From Octopus vulgaris (taxonomy: Eukaryota): a DNA stretch of 64,000 nt. Positions 25,018-36,040 of the stretch are shown here, one piece after another. A program made the position numbers and the translations under genes. The notes below the pieces were generated by a model. That model was given only the letters and a program-made list of their open reading frames with translations, did no database searches and was not told the origin of the DNA. How positions within the stretch are numbered: position 1 is the stretch's first letter; every line of letters begins with the position of its first letter. The DNA is taken from positions 82,832,001-82,896,000 of the forward strand of contig OX597823.1 of assembly GCA_951406725.2 (NCBI GenBank). Reading direction: 5' to 3'.

Positions 25018-25960
25018 ATGTTCAGAACCTGTTGCATGCATTTCTCACTGTGTCCCTGGGAAGTTCTTCCAACACTTCCTTGATCTTGAACATCCGCTCG
25101 GCCTTGGTGTTGCAGACAGAGTTGTTGGTGACTTTTTCAACTGCTCCCCACACATAATCCCCCATGAGAGTACAACCGGAGGAATTCCAGCAACCACTTC
25201 TTACTCTTTCCGGAGATATGGTAAAGAATAGTTGGTAAAGTTACCTTCTCGCGTCATACCCACTCATAAGGGCCGGTTTCTCGATTTCATGGCGTATATA
25301 TTCCCCATCAGGACGGGTGGGGAATGTTGGCCAGCTGAGTGGACTATAATAACGGGAAATGAATTTTTTTACTTAAGAACACACCACCTCACCCGGTCCA
25401 GGAATCGAAACCACAATCTTACGATCATGAGTCCAATACCATAACCACTAAGCGATGCGCCTTCACATGTGGTACTCATTTCTACAGCTGAATGAACTGG
25501 AACAACGTGAAATGATGTGTTTTGCTCAAGAACACAACGCCTCGCCCGGTTCAGGAATTGAAACCACAATCTTACGATCTTGAGTCCAACACCTTAACCA
25601 CTAAACCATCCGTTTGCTGCTACACATACAGCTTTTAAACAGCAACCCTTTCCAGCTAGGGATTCACTACACCTCCAGCAGTTTCACATAGCCGTCTGAA
25701 TTGAGACTAAGCTGTTCAATGATGAGGCGTTGAATCATGGCGTCTTCATGCAATCAGAACGCCTACAGTATCTCTTCTTGCTGGTCACGGCTTTGTAGTC
25801 CACATTGCAGCTGTCCATATGTCTTACAGCCTTTACAGTATTCACAGATCATTGAGCAGTAGCCAAGATGTCGGCATTTTGAAACAGGGCGCGAATAATC
25901 ATGTCATAGACAACTCTTTTCAGATGGCTCTTAGTCCTCCATATCGGCTAACTTTTCCTC
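25018..25960 (-). pseudogene. Tc1/mariner (maT/DD37D-like) transposase remnant with internal deletion and SINE insertion
   Basis: Reverse: ADILATAQ*SVNTVKAVRH..DSCNVDYKAV..RRSDC; LNSDGYVKLLE..LERVAG; DYVWGAVEKVTNNSVCNTKAE..KIKEVLEELPRDTVRNACNRF (compare NPLDYYVWG). Confidence 0.75.
25255..25612 (-). mobile_element. SINE-C tandem dimer
   Basis: aagaacac..cccggt(c/t)caggaat(c/t)gaaaccacaatcttacgatc..taaccactaa occurs twice (25375-25460, 25528-25605). Confidence 0.8.
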
Positions 25961-26184
25961 AGCTATAAATTTAATCGTTATACTCTCCAACGCCGTTGAC
26001 CGTTCACCAATACGTCAAGCTCTTCCTGAAGACAGAAATAATCTCTTGTATAATAATACGTATGTGTGTGTATGTGTGCGTATTTATGCATACACATTTA
26101 TCTGTTGTTATTAACTCTTTTGTATAGAGACTTAATTTAATATCAAAATAGTCCTTACTATATTTACTTATATGTTCAGTATTG

Positions 26185-26249
<65 letters not shown>

Positions 26250-26714
26250 GGTAAATACAATTTATTAGATTTTTCATCAAACATTTTTATCTTATTAAAT
26301 TTTTTTTTGATCACCAAGCAACCATATGGAGGAAACTTTGACTGACTAAAACAAGAGATGATTGATGATTTCGCTCAGTCTTCTCTGTAACCATCTATTA
26401 TAGAAAATATATATTACTGTTTAAAAATCGTGTCTGCGCCTTAGAGCAGCCAAGTAATTCTACAATTATATTAATTTAATAAATTTGTGTGCCGTATATT
26501 TTACGGAAATTCATAAACGTTATGAAAAACGTAAAGCATGAACAAACATCCGTCAGTTTATTATTTTCAATTGTTGCAATAAGTTTTTAAAGAAATTTTA
26601 GAATATTGTCTGTAAGTTAAAGCGGACTCTAGTGAGATACGAACTCATATAGTAGTGTGCTAAAACTGAATGAATAACAATCGTTACTAGTTTAGCATTT
26701 AAAGTTGGACAAAC

Positions 26715-27118
26715 TGCTAAGCAGCATTTCGCCTGTCTTTACGTTGTGAGTTCAAACTTTGCCGTGGTCGACTATGCCTTACATCCTTTAGGGGCCGTTA
26801 AAATAAGTATCAATTGAAAACTAGGATCAATGTAATCGACTTAACTTCTCCCCCGATATTCTTAGCCTTGTGCCAAAATTTAAAACCTTTAATTCAGTAT
26901 TTAAATCAGTGAGCTGGTAGAATCGTTCGCAAGCCAGGCGAAAGGCGTAGCCGTATTTCGTCTGCCGTTGCGTTCTGAGTACAAATTCCGCCGAGGTCGA
27001 CTTTGCCTTTCATCCTTTCGAGGTCGATAAATTAGGTACCAGTTGCGTACTGGGGTCGATCTAATCGACTGGGCCCCTCCCCAAAGAATTCGGGCTTGGG
27101 CCTAGAGTAGAAAAGAAT
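26715..27118 (+). mobile_element. Two adjacent SINE-B copies
   Basis: Old copy at 26715-26890; near-consensus copy at 26908-27118 ending gcctagagtagaaaagaat. Confidence 0.85.
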
Positions 27119-27449
27119 ATTGTAATGCAAATCACTTGTACGCCATGGAAACCAAGCGACCGGCCCTGCGAGCCTTGAGAGCCAGTATTACTTAATTATT
27201 ACTTAATTATGGCTCCCAAGGCTTCGAGCCTTGGGAGCCAGTATTACAGAAATACTTAATGTATCTCTAACCGTTGCTTTTGTATGTTACTTTTTAGGGT
27301 TGAAATCCGATTCATTGAGATATGTCGTAAAAAAAAGAAACTAGCATTTCTATTGCCTCTTTTCCAGCAGTTGCATATTTCTTCTTTATATTCTTTTGTT
27401 ATTTAAATTGTAATTTTTACACGAGTTTGCACTTCAGTAAACTGTTCTT

Positions 27450-28216
27450 TAAGTATGCATATCCAGCCATTAGCCATTTATATATCACATGCTTACATAG
27501 AATTATTCTACAATTTCTATGGAAAATCTGAAAAGATAACTTCAAAAAATTGTTCTTGAAATGTACTAGTATTGACAAAATCTTCATACAAAACATTAAC
27601 GTCAAAACGAAATAGAATTCTTCCCTATTCGTAATCCTGATCTTGGAGTAATTGAATTTTGTTATCACTTTTTGAAAGACGGTTCAAGATAACGAAAATT
27701 ATTGCCGTAAGCTCCTTTAAGTAGATTGGATGCTGCAAAAGTCACAAAATGTTTTCGTACCATTTTTTTCTCCATAATTTGAGATTTACTATAAACATAT
27801 CTATTTCCTCCATTAAAACAATAAATATTTGATTACGACCTTGTAAGTCTTTCACTTCGGGTTAAATATCTGAAAGATATGCTAATGCACTTGAAATCTG
27901 AAAATCTTAAAGATGAAGGGTAATATATTTTCAGATGTAAAATATCCTACTTCAGTTCGTTGTTGTCACATAAAATTTTTTCTGGGAGATAACCTTTTAA
28001 TTTTTGCGTAATATTCATAATCGCAGAAGATTGATGGATAAGAATCACTGAAGTATTTAGTATCGTAAGATTTGCTAACAGAAAGTTTATAATTTGAAAG
28101 ATTTTGTTCATTATCGATTTCAATCCAAAGAATGTACGTTTTTGATCCGGTTTATCTTTATAATAATAACAATAACGATAAATCATAATAACAACGACGA
28201 CAACAACAACAACAAC

Positions 28217-28275
<59 letters not shown>

Positions 28276-29150
28276 GTGGTGGTAGCGGCGGTGGTGGTGA
28301 TGGTGGTAGTGATGGCGGCGGCGGCGGCGGCGTTGGTGGTAGTGGCGGTGGTGGTGATGGTGGTAATGGTGGCGGCGGCGGTGGTGGTGGTTGACATGAT
28401 TTTTGTTTTCCGTTACATTTTCGCAAAACCCTTGACAAGCTTCAAGCAGGGCCGGAATCTGGTTTTAAGTTAATATCTTTTTATTTATTTTTTTCATTTT
28501 TGAAAAAAAAAAAAAAAGAAACATCATTCTCACTCTTTAATAGCAGAAAAGCAAGAAATACCATTTCAAAAGTATCTTCGTTTTTTTTTTTTTTTGGTTG
28601 CTTGAAGCATCCTTTTCCAGTTGAAGTAGAAAATGGTTCTTAGAGAAAAAATATATCCTTGTTTTATACGTTCTTTTACAGGAGCATCGCATATCGAACA
28701 TAAGCTGCGAATCTTTATTTACACCAATTAACTAATCCTTTATTATGGAAATCTGCAGTTCTTAGAGTTTTCTTCAACAACCATCAATAAGGCATCATTC
28801 CGAAAAATGGAATATACTGCACTCTCTTATCAACATAATCCCTCACACGTATACGGATTATGAAATTAATCCTCAAATATAATTTGAATCATATCTTAGC
28901 AACCGATTTTAATTTTATTATCTCTAACAACAGCATGACAGCAATGTAGTTTTTCCCCTTTTTTCTTGCAAAGAAAATGTCATTAAATACTTGTTCTTTC
29001 TCTTCAGGTATGAACTTTTCCGAAAAAAATATTTATTTTTTGTCCGCATGTTAATTATTTTTTGTCCTAGCGATTCGTTGTTATAAATTTCACAACTAAT
29101 CGCACACCGTTGTAGTCTTACCATGCCATCTGTAATAAAATAAAAAAAGA
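27450..29150 (-). pseudogene. hAT (Buster/Charlie, ZBED5/SCAND3-like) transposase remnant
   Basis: Reverse-strand fragments in collinear order: CAISCEIYNNESL..YFFRK..LK (BED region), IPF, AYVRY, a diverged DGAPAM/GF region, LKSIMNKIFQIINF, a RWLSRG-like block, ALAYLSDI..LQGRNQ..EEIDMFIVNLKLWR. Microsatellites have expanded at 28160-28390. Confidence 0.7.
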
Positions 29151-29265
29151 AAGAAAAAAACATAGGCTGTCACTTGCATGCGCGTATAACATAATAGCAC
29201 GTACCATACTTTCGATTATAATCTTCGGTGCCTATGGAATTGCAAGTACATGGAGGATACTCTTT

Positions 29266-29594
29266 TACTCTTTTACTTGTTTCAGTCATTTGACTGTGGC
29301 CATGCTGGAGCACCGCCTTTAGTCGAGCAAATCGACCCCAGGAATTATTCTTTGTAAGCCTAGTACTTATTCTATCGGTCTCTTTTGCCGAACCGCTATA
29401 TTACGGGGACGTAAACTCACCGACATCGAACCGATGCTAGTGTGTTTACGTCCCCGTAACTTACCGGTTCAGCAAAAGAGACCGATAGAATAAGTACTAG
29501 GCTTACAAAGAGTAAGTGCTGGGGTAGATTTGCTCAACTAAAGGCGGTGCTACAGCATGGCCACAGTCAAATTACTGAAACAAGTAAAAGAGTA
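29266..29594. repeat. Palindrome of two SINE-A 3' halves (163-bp arms, 3-nt loop)
   Basis: 29266-29428 is the reverse complement of 29432-29594 with about 15 mismatches by manual alignment. Confidence 0.95.
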
Positions 29595-29809
29595 TCTATT
29601 TATCTATGCATCTATCTGTCTTTCTGTGTATTTGTCCGTCTGTTTATCTCGCTACCTATCTATCTACCTGTCTGTATATATGTTTTCAATCTGTCTGTCT
29701 GTCGGTCTAACTGTTTATTTATCTATCTATTCTATCTGTCTGTCTGCCTGTCTATTGATTGATTTATTTACCTATCTATCTATCTATGTATCTTTCTATC
29801 TGAGCTGGT

Positions 29810-30060
29810 AACTCGCCTGGACCAACGCAATTCTTCCACACCAGATATCCTATTCTTCCATGCCAGTCTTCCTATCATAATCTTGATATCAAGTGCCTTC
29901 CACAAGCTGATTGATATATGCTCTTCTTGATCTGATAATACCTGCATGTCCATGCGTGAGCTGCCAGAGAAGAGACTCGCTGAATATTTCATCCTTGCCT
30001 CCCCAGCAGTATCCTGCATAACATCTTCTTTCACCGATTGTTCATGTGAAGGTAGAAAGA
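29810..30060 (-). pseudogene. RTE-clade LINE 3' end remnant
   Basis: Reverse alternative frame ERRCYAGYCWGGKDEIFSESLLWQLTHGHA..RAYINQLVEGT matches RTE C-termini (AGHCWRSKDE..LLW.P.HG). Confidence 0.75.
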
Positions 30061-30421
30061 ATGCCATACACTTACCGCTTTGTAAGGTTTTGCTACCAGG
30101 AAAGACTGAGAACGGCACGTGGCCTTCTCGTCTATATGAATAAAATAAAGATCAAACAAACACAACAATACAAATCTATCCGGTACTACGGACTGTTCTA
30201 CATAATTTATCTTTTATTCTATTGTTAAGCGATAGAATGTAATTTCAGGGAAATATGGTTGCTATTTCAAGCAGAGCAGTTTATCATGTCGTAAATCTTT
30301 TGCTGTGGTTTTAACTATTCTTCCATCTCCGCCAGTGAAATATTATACCCTAGTTCACTGATATGTATATATATAGGCAGAGTTTACGAAAAAAACAAAA
30401 TATGAAGACAGGTGGTGTACA

Positions 30422-30455
<34 letters not shown>

Positions 30456-31549
30456 CTACATATCTGTGTGTGTGTGTGTTCGTGTGTACATGTTTGTCTA
30501 TGCATGTGTCTGAGTGCATATATGTGTGCATATGTGCCTAGGCGTGTATATTCGTGATTGTATGTTGCAATTGAGATAAGGAAAATCCTGCTGCTAGTAC
30601 CATGCAACCCAGTACAACCTGTTTCCTGGTCAGGTGGTCGGCTATTTAACTAACTACCCCACCTGCCTTTTCAACTATCCTTACCTGGAGAGCCAGGTGG
30701 GGTAGGTGGTGTTGAAGACACTCTGCATGACTTAAAGCAAGGCCTGTCAAAGGATGCATGAGCTAAGTGTGAACCAACGGCCATCAAGACGAGTGATGTC
30801 TCGTAAAAACATCCCGAGCGTGGACTGGCAAACCATGCAGCTCCTGGAAGGCCGTGAACACGTATTCTATTGAAAGACTCTGTGCTCTCGAATTGGAGTC
30901 GATGTCCGTAAGTGATGTGGCGGAGAGCGAGAACACACTTTTATATATTCAGGCCTGTGTGCATGTATTTATGTGTGTATGTCTGCGTACATGTATGCGT
31001 GCACTTGTGTTTGCATGTCTGCGCATGTTTGTTTGTTTGTTTGTGTGTGTGCGTGTGTGTGTGAGTGTGTGTGTGTGTGTGTGTGTATCTGTGTCTGTGT
31101 GTGTGTGTGAGTGTGTGTGAAACTGCACAGAGATAGCAGTCTCTCGTCGGTGCAATTTCGATTACAAGTGATCACCAGTATTTTCCATTTTTATTAATTT
31201 TCCTTAATGAAGTTTACAATTACCAACTTCCACTAATTTGCCCCCTTAGAATTATCAGTTTCCATGACAATCTATGTGGTGCTTTGATTTACTAGGATTA
31301 GCACTACAAAACTCTCGGATCAAATCTTGGTATCTTAAAAAGGGAGAGGAACTTTGGATAACTAGTCCTAGGCACGTTTGGAACGCTTTTGAGTATAGGC
31401 CTGTTCAATTGAGGGATGAGCGTATACTAAACAATTTTAACAGTTTTTACAATGAGAAGAATAACATGGTAACTACACCAAATAGGGATACCGAAAACTA
31501 ATGTATTTTCGAATATATAGTGTGACGTTATACCACACATAGCTTCTTT

Positions 31550-31868
31550 TTTTTTATTTATGCGCCCTTTTCAAGCCTAGCCAGGCTCATGTGCTCGGTT
31601 TCCCGGTTTCCATTCCATTGCGTATGTGTTCCCCCCAGCTGGACGGGATGCCAGTTCATCACAGCGTTACTCAAGAAACAGGTAGAAAGAGTGATAGAAA
31701 GTTGGGGCTAAAGAGTACAACAGGGGTCGCCACCACGCCCTGCCGGAGCCTCGTGAAGCTTTAGGTGTTTTCGCTAAAAAAAACATACAACGCCCGGTCT
31801 GGGAATCAAAAACCACGATCCTCCGACCGCGAGTCTGCTGCCCTAACCACTGAGCCATTGCGCTTCCG
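31550..31868 (-). mobile_element. SINE-C variant: head as at 16365, distinct middle, tail as at 10002
   Basis: Reverse: gcgcaatggctcagtggttagggcagcagactcgcggtcggaggatcg ... gagtaacgctgtgatgaactggcatcccgtccagctg..gcctggctaggcttgaaaagggcgcat + A tail. Confidence 0.85.
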
Positions 31869-32059
31869 CTCCACACATAGTTTACAAGTCATGAAAAGAT
31901 GTCCTTGCTATCAACCAGTTAGCATAGAGCTATTGTCCAAACATTAATGTGGATATGCGCTGTGTGTGTATATGATTTAAGTGACAGCCAATTAAAGTCA
32001 AAGACTTTAGTAAGCTGCATATTCCATAATGCAATAATGCATTAATGTATGCTTTACTA

Positions 32060-32335
32060 ATTACTTGCATCATGTGCAAGGGAAAATATATACACTGTGT
32101 CCTGATTGTGTGGGTATTCGGAAATGCCAAAAGTGGTTTGACAAATTCAAAACCAGTGATTTCAATCTTTTGGGTGGGTATCGATCAGGAAGACTAATTT
32201 TTTCAATAATGGACACAATAAATAGCAATTGAAAACAATCCGTGTGAAAGTATCGGAGATTTATCCTGGAGGCTTTATGTACCTTAGTCCAATGTGCAAG
32301 ATTATCTCAAGCATATTGGGAAAGTGCATAGAGAA
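32060..32335 (+). pseudogene. Mariner-like transposase N-terminal (HTH) remnant
   Basis: PDCVGIRKCQKWFDKFKTSDFNLLGGYRSGR and IENNPCESIGDLSWRLYVP*SNVQDYLKHIGKV match mariner N-termini (WF.KF..GDF.L...RSGRP). Confidence 0.75.
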
Positions 32336-32415
32336 GAGCAGTGAGTACATGTGTACCTTGTGATAATTCAAAGCCACATTCAGTTAGAATAACCCAGAAA
32401 AATATAAATTCATTA

Positions 32416-32587
32416 CAGTTCTATATTTGAGAGATGAGGAATTATGTACATTATTTACATTTGACAGAAATTTGTCCTCATCTTGTTTGTTGTTAACACA
32501 ACATTTCGGCTGATATACTCTCTAGCCTTCATCAGGTGTCTTGGGGAAATTTCGAACCTGGATTCTCATTCCTAAGGTATTTTTCGA

Positions 32588-32631
<44 letters not shown>

Positions 32632-32700
32632 TCACTGCCTGGAATCGAACTCGGAATCTTGGGGTTAGTAGCCCACGATCTTAACCACTACGCCATATGC
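32416..32700 (-). mobile_element. SINE-D copy 1: tRNA head + (AAT)n + hammerhead-bearing 3' module
   Basis: Reverse: gcatatggcgtagtggttaag (A box)..gagttcgattcc (B box)..(aat)n..catcgaaaaataccttaggaatgagaatccaggttcgaaatttccccaaGACACCTGATGA... Confidence 0.85.
32495..32540 (-). ncRNA. Minimal type-I hammerhead ribozyme motif (Penelope-type)
   Basis: Reverse: GACAC-CTGATGA-a-GGCT-agagagtatatc-AGCC-GAAA-TGTT-GTGTT. Both core boxes are intact, stem I is gacac/gtgtt and stem II is ggct/agcc. The consensus across copies has palindromic stem III AACGTT and a GUU cleavage triplet. Confidence 0.75.
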
Positions 32701-32759
32701 ACAGACACGCAAACGCGTGTACGCATACACGTATACAGACATGCACACATAGATACAGG

Positions 32760-32827
32760 AATATGGCGTAGTTGTTAAGAGCGTGGGCTACTAACCCCAA
32801 GATTCCGAGTTCGATTCCAGGCAGTGA

Positions 32828-32881
<54 letters not shown>

Positions 32882-33062
32882 TAATAATAATAATAATCAT
32901 AATAATAATAATTATAATAACATCGAAAATTACCTTAGGAATGAGAACCCACTTTCGAAATTTCCCCAAGACACATGATGAAGGCTAGAGAGTATATCAG
33001 CCGAAACGCTGTGTTAACAACAAACAAGATGAGGACAAATTTCCGTCAAATGTAAATAATAT
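32760..33062 (+). mobile_element. SINE-D copy 2 (inverted partner of copy 1); HHR at 32970-33015 has core mutations
   Basis: atatggcgtagttgttaagagcgtgggctactaaccccaagattccgagttcgattcc..(aat)n..GACAC-ATGATGA-aGGCT..AGCC-GAAA-CGCT-GTGTT. Confidence 0.85.
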
Positions 33063-33197
33063 AAATAAATTCATAACGTTGGGAAGCTCTACCTTCCCTT
33101 CCCTCCCAAACAGGGCTAGTACCATCAGATTTTAATCTATTTCCCACTGGTAAAACATTCAGAAGCAGGAACGATCTCGAAACCGCGCTTCAGACAT

Positions 33198-33266
33198 TTT
33201 CTTCTTCTTCTTCTTCTTCTTCTTCTTCTTCTTCTTCTTCTTCTTCTTCTTCTTCTTCTTCTTCCT

Positions 33267-33306
<40 letters not shown>

Positions 33307-33384
33307 TCCTTCTTTCTTCCTTTTTTGCCTGACGAATCAGAAAATCGGTTTCGAGATACGAAAATGTTATTGCAAACAGTTACA

Positions 33385-33462
<78 letters not shown>

Positions 33463-33498
33463 ATCATTATTATCATTATTATTATAATAATAATAATG

Positions 33499-33591
<93 letters not shown>

Positions 33592-33668
33592 ATCATTATT
33601 ATCATTATTATTATAATAATAATAACGATTATTATTATTATTATTATTATCATTATTATTATTATTAC

Positions 33669-33713
<45 letters not shown>

Positions 33714-33731
33714 TATTATTATTATTATTAC

Positions 33732-33770
<39 letters not shown>

Positions 33771-33838
33771 TATTATTATTATTATTATTATTATAATTAT
33801 TATTATTATTATTATTATTACTATTATCATCATCATCA

Positions 33839-33882
<44 letters not shown>

Positions 33883-33885
33883 GTT
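33198..33885. repeat. (CTT)n/(CTTT)n (33198-33320) and interrupted (ATT)n of about 500 bp (33385-33885)
   Basis: Directly visible. Confidence 0.95.
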
Positions 33886-34599
33886 TGAAAGAATAAATAT
33901 ATTTGCGATATGCTTTATCGTTGATTTGAACCCATTGTATGAATTGAGCCATTACTTTGTGATACCTCTCTATCTCAGATATCCACTCTAATGCCGCATC
34001 CATAAGCTATCTTCTGCCTGAAATGGACAGCAAACCACTAACTCAGTCACACACACTTACAATTATGTATGAGTGTGCGAACGTGTACTTATGTGCGTAT
34101 GAAAGGTCATATTAATATATTGATAAAGTTAGTATTAACCTAATATTAAACCGGTATAGTAGTAATTATTCACTTATTTATTCGTTATTCATTTCAAACT
34201 TGTCTATCACAGCTCTGTGATGATCTGATCACAGGACATTTATCAATCGATCACAACTCTGCTATATCTATCAGGGCTGGCTTCAACAGAATAAAGTTCA
34301 TACATTATCGATAATTTATTTTTGTTTTCATTCTTATTTTTATTTTCGTTATTGCATCTTCTTTCATTTTATTTTAATGCAGCATTGTTAAGTTGTGTGT
34401 GACAGAGCTGGTGCGAGAGTATGGCTGTAGGAGCCGAGCTGATAAATCAATAACACGACACATTGATAAGCTGGAATAGATATCCATTAATACAGAAACG
34501 TGTGTACACACGTAAACTACATTCTTTTAAGTTCCAGCTCACTAGCGTAGTATCCGCATTACAGATTTTACTACAAACTTATATTATTAATATTTTTTT

Positions 34600-34760
34600 A
34601 GGCGCCGGCGTGGCTGTCTAGTTAGAAGTTTGTTTCTCAAACACATGATTTCCGGATCAGGCCCTTTTGTGTTAGTGGCCTTAGGTAAGTGTCTTCAACT
34701 ACATCCCCGGGATGAGGTAGCAGTGAATTTGGCCGGCGGAAACTAAATGAAACATTTCGC

Positions 34761-34802
<42 letters not shown>

Positions 34803-35307
34803 GGGGGTCATGAAAAAAACAAAATACGAAGACAGGTGGTGTACAAAACAAACAGATGTATTAGTATAACGCTCAGGAATTGAACAAGTCTTTCACGTTT
34901 CGAGCCTACGCTCTTCTACAGAAAGGGACACAGAAAAAAACAAGGAGAGAAACGAGGAGAGAAGAAAAAATGCGTGTAGTGGCTACCGATCTATCATGGC
35001 GACTGCCGGACAGAAGGGTCACAGAGGAGAGCGAAGAAGTAGGGGAGATAACAGAGTAAAGATGACACCCAACACGAAGGTGGATATATGGGGGGCGGTT
35101 ATGCTTGCTTCTCTACCATTTTGACAAGCGGTTTTGGCTTGTTTACATCACCGTAAATTAACGTTTCGACAAAAGTTTCAGTGGATTAAGTACCAGACCT
35201 AAAAAAGAAAAAAACTAAGTTCCAGGGGCAATTTGTTCTACGAAAACCCTTCAAAGTGGCACCACAGCATGGATGCAGTTCAATCAATAAGACAAGTGAC
35301 AGATACA
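34600..35307 (+). mobile_element. SINE-A with element E (34810-35090) nested in its (TA)n tract
   Basis: Head at 34600-34762, tail at 35100-35307. The start of E (gaaaaaaacaaaatacgaagacaggtggtgtaca) recurs at 30388-30421, also between TA runs. Confidence 0.7.
34890..34925 (-). ncRNA. Minimal hammerhead-like motif in element E
   Basis: Reverse: CTTT-CTGTAGA-a-GAGC-gtag-GCTC-GAAA-CGTG-AAAG. Perfect stems I and II; the core differs from CTGANGA at one position. Confidence 0.5.
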
Positions 35308-35652
35308 GTATTTCACAACAACCAAATCATTTGTGGCGCAAGTTGTGTAGTTATGAAATCAACATTTCACATTTACTATAGGTCCGGGATCGATCCCACA
35401 GCGCGACCTATAGGGAAAGTGTTTTCTTCCATCGCTTCGAGTGTACAGAAGCATTGCGTGTGGAATTTTATTGACAAAAACTGCGAAAAAGCACCATATG
35501 AAATGTAAACTAGTTTTGGGTTTCAAGTCTATCAACCGTTGCCTGGCTTAGCATAACTGGTCCTTAGATCCTTTTAGATGAGTTAACTCTGTTGTAAGCA
35601 TTTGGACCAGAGCTTATGAATACGTTATCCTTTTTAATTTCCCTCACTTGAT

Positions 35653-36040
35653 AGGCGGTGAGCTGGCAGAAACGTTAGCACGCCGGACGAAATGCCTGGC
35701 AGTATTTCGTCTGTGTTCTGAGTTCAAATTCCGCCGAGGTTAATTTGCTTTTCATCCTTTCGGGGTCGATTAAATAAGTACCATTTACGCACTGGGGTCG
35801 ATATAATCGACTTAATCCGTTTGTCTGTCCTTGTTCGTCCCCTCTGTGTTTAGCCCCTTGTGGGTAGTAAAGAAATGGGTATTTCGTCTGCCGCTACGTT
35901 CTGAGTTCAAATTCCGCCGAGGTCGACTTTGCCTTTCATCCTTTTGGGGTCGATAAATTAAATACTAGTTGCGTACTGGGGTCGATCTAATCGACTGGCC
36001 CCTTCCCCCAAAATTTCAGCCCTTGTGCCTTGAGCAGAAA
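35653..36040 (+). mobile_element. SINE-B full dimeric copy
   Basis: Head ggcggtgagctggcagaaacgttagcacgcc, core + tail 1, restart at tatttcgtctgccgctacg, core + tail 2. Confidence 0.9.

Noticed and set aside
33173-33360. 12-bp inverted repeat atctcgaaaccg/cggtttcgagat and CTGACGA..GAAA as a hammerhead
   Set aside because: No stem II can form in the 4 nt between the boxes, and the arms are too short to call an element.
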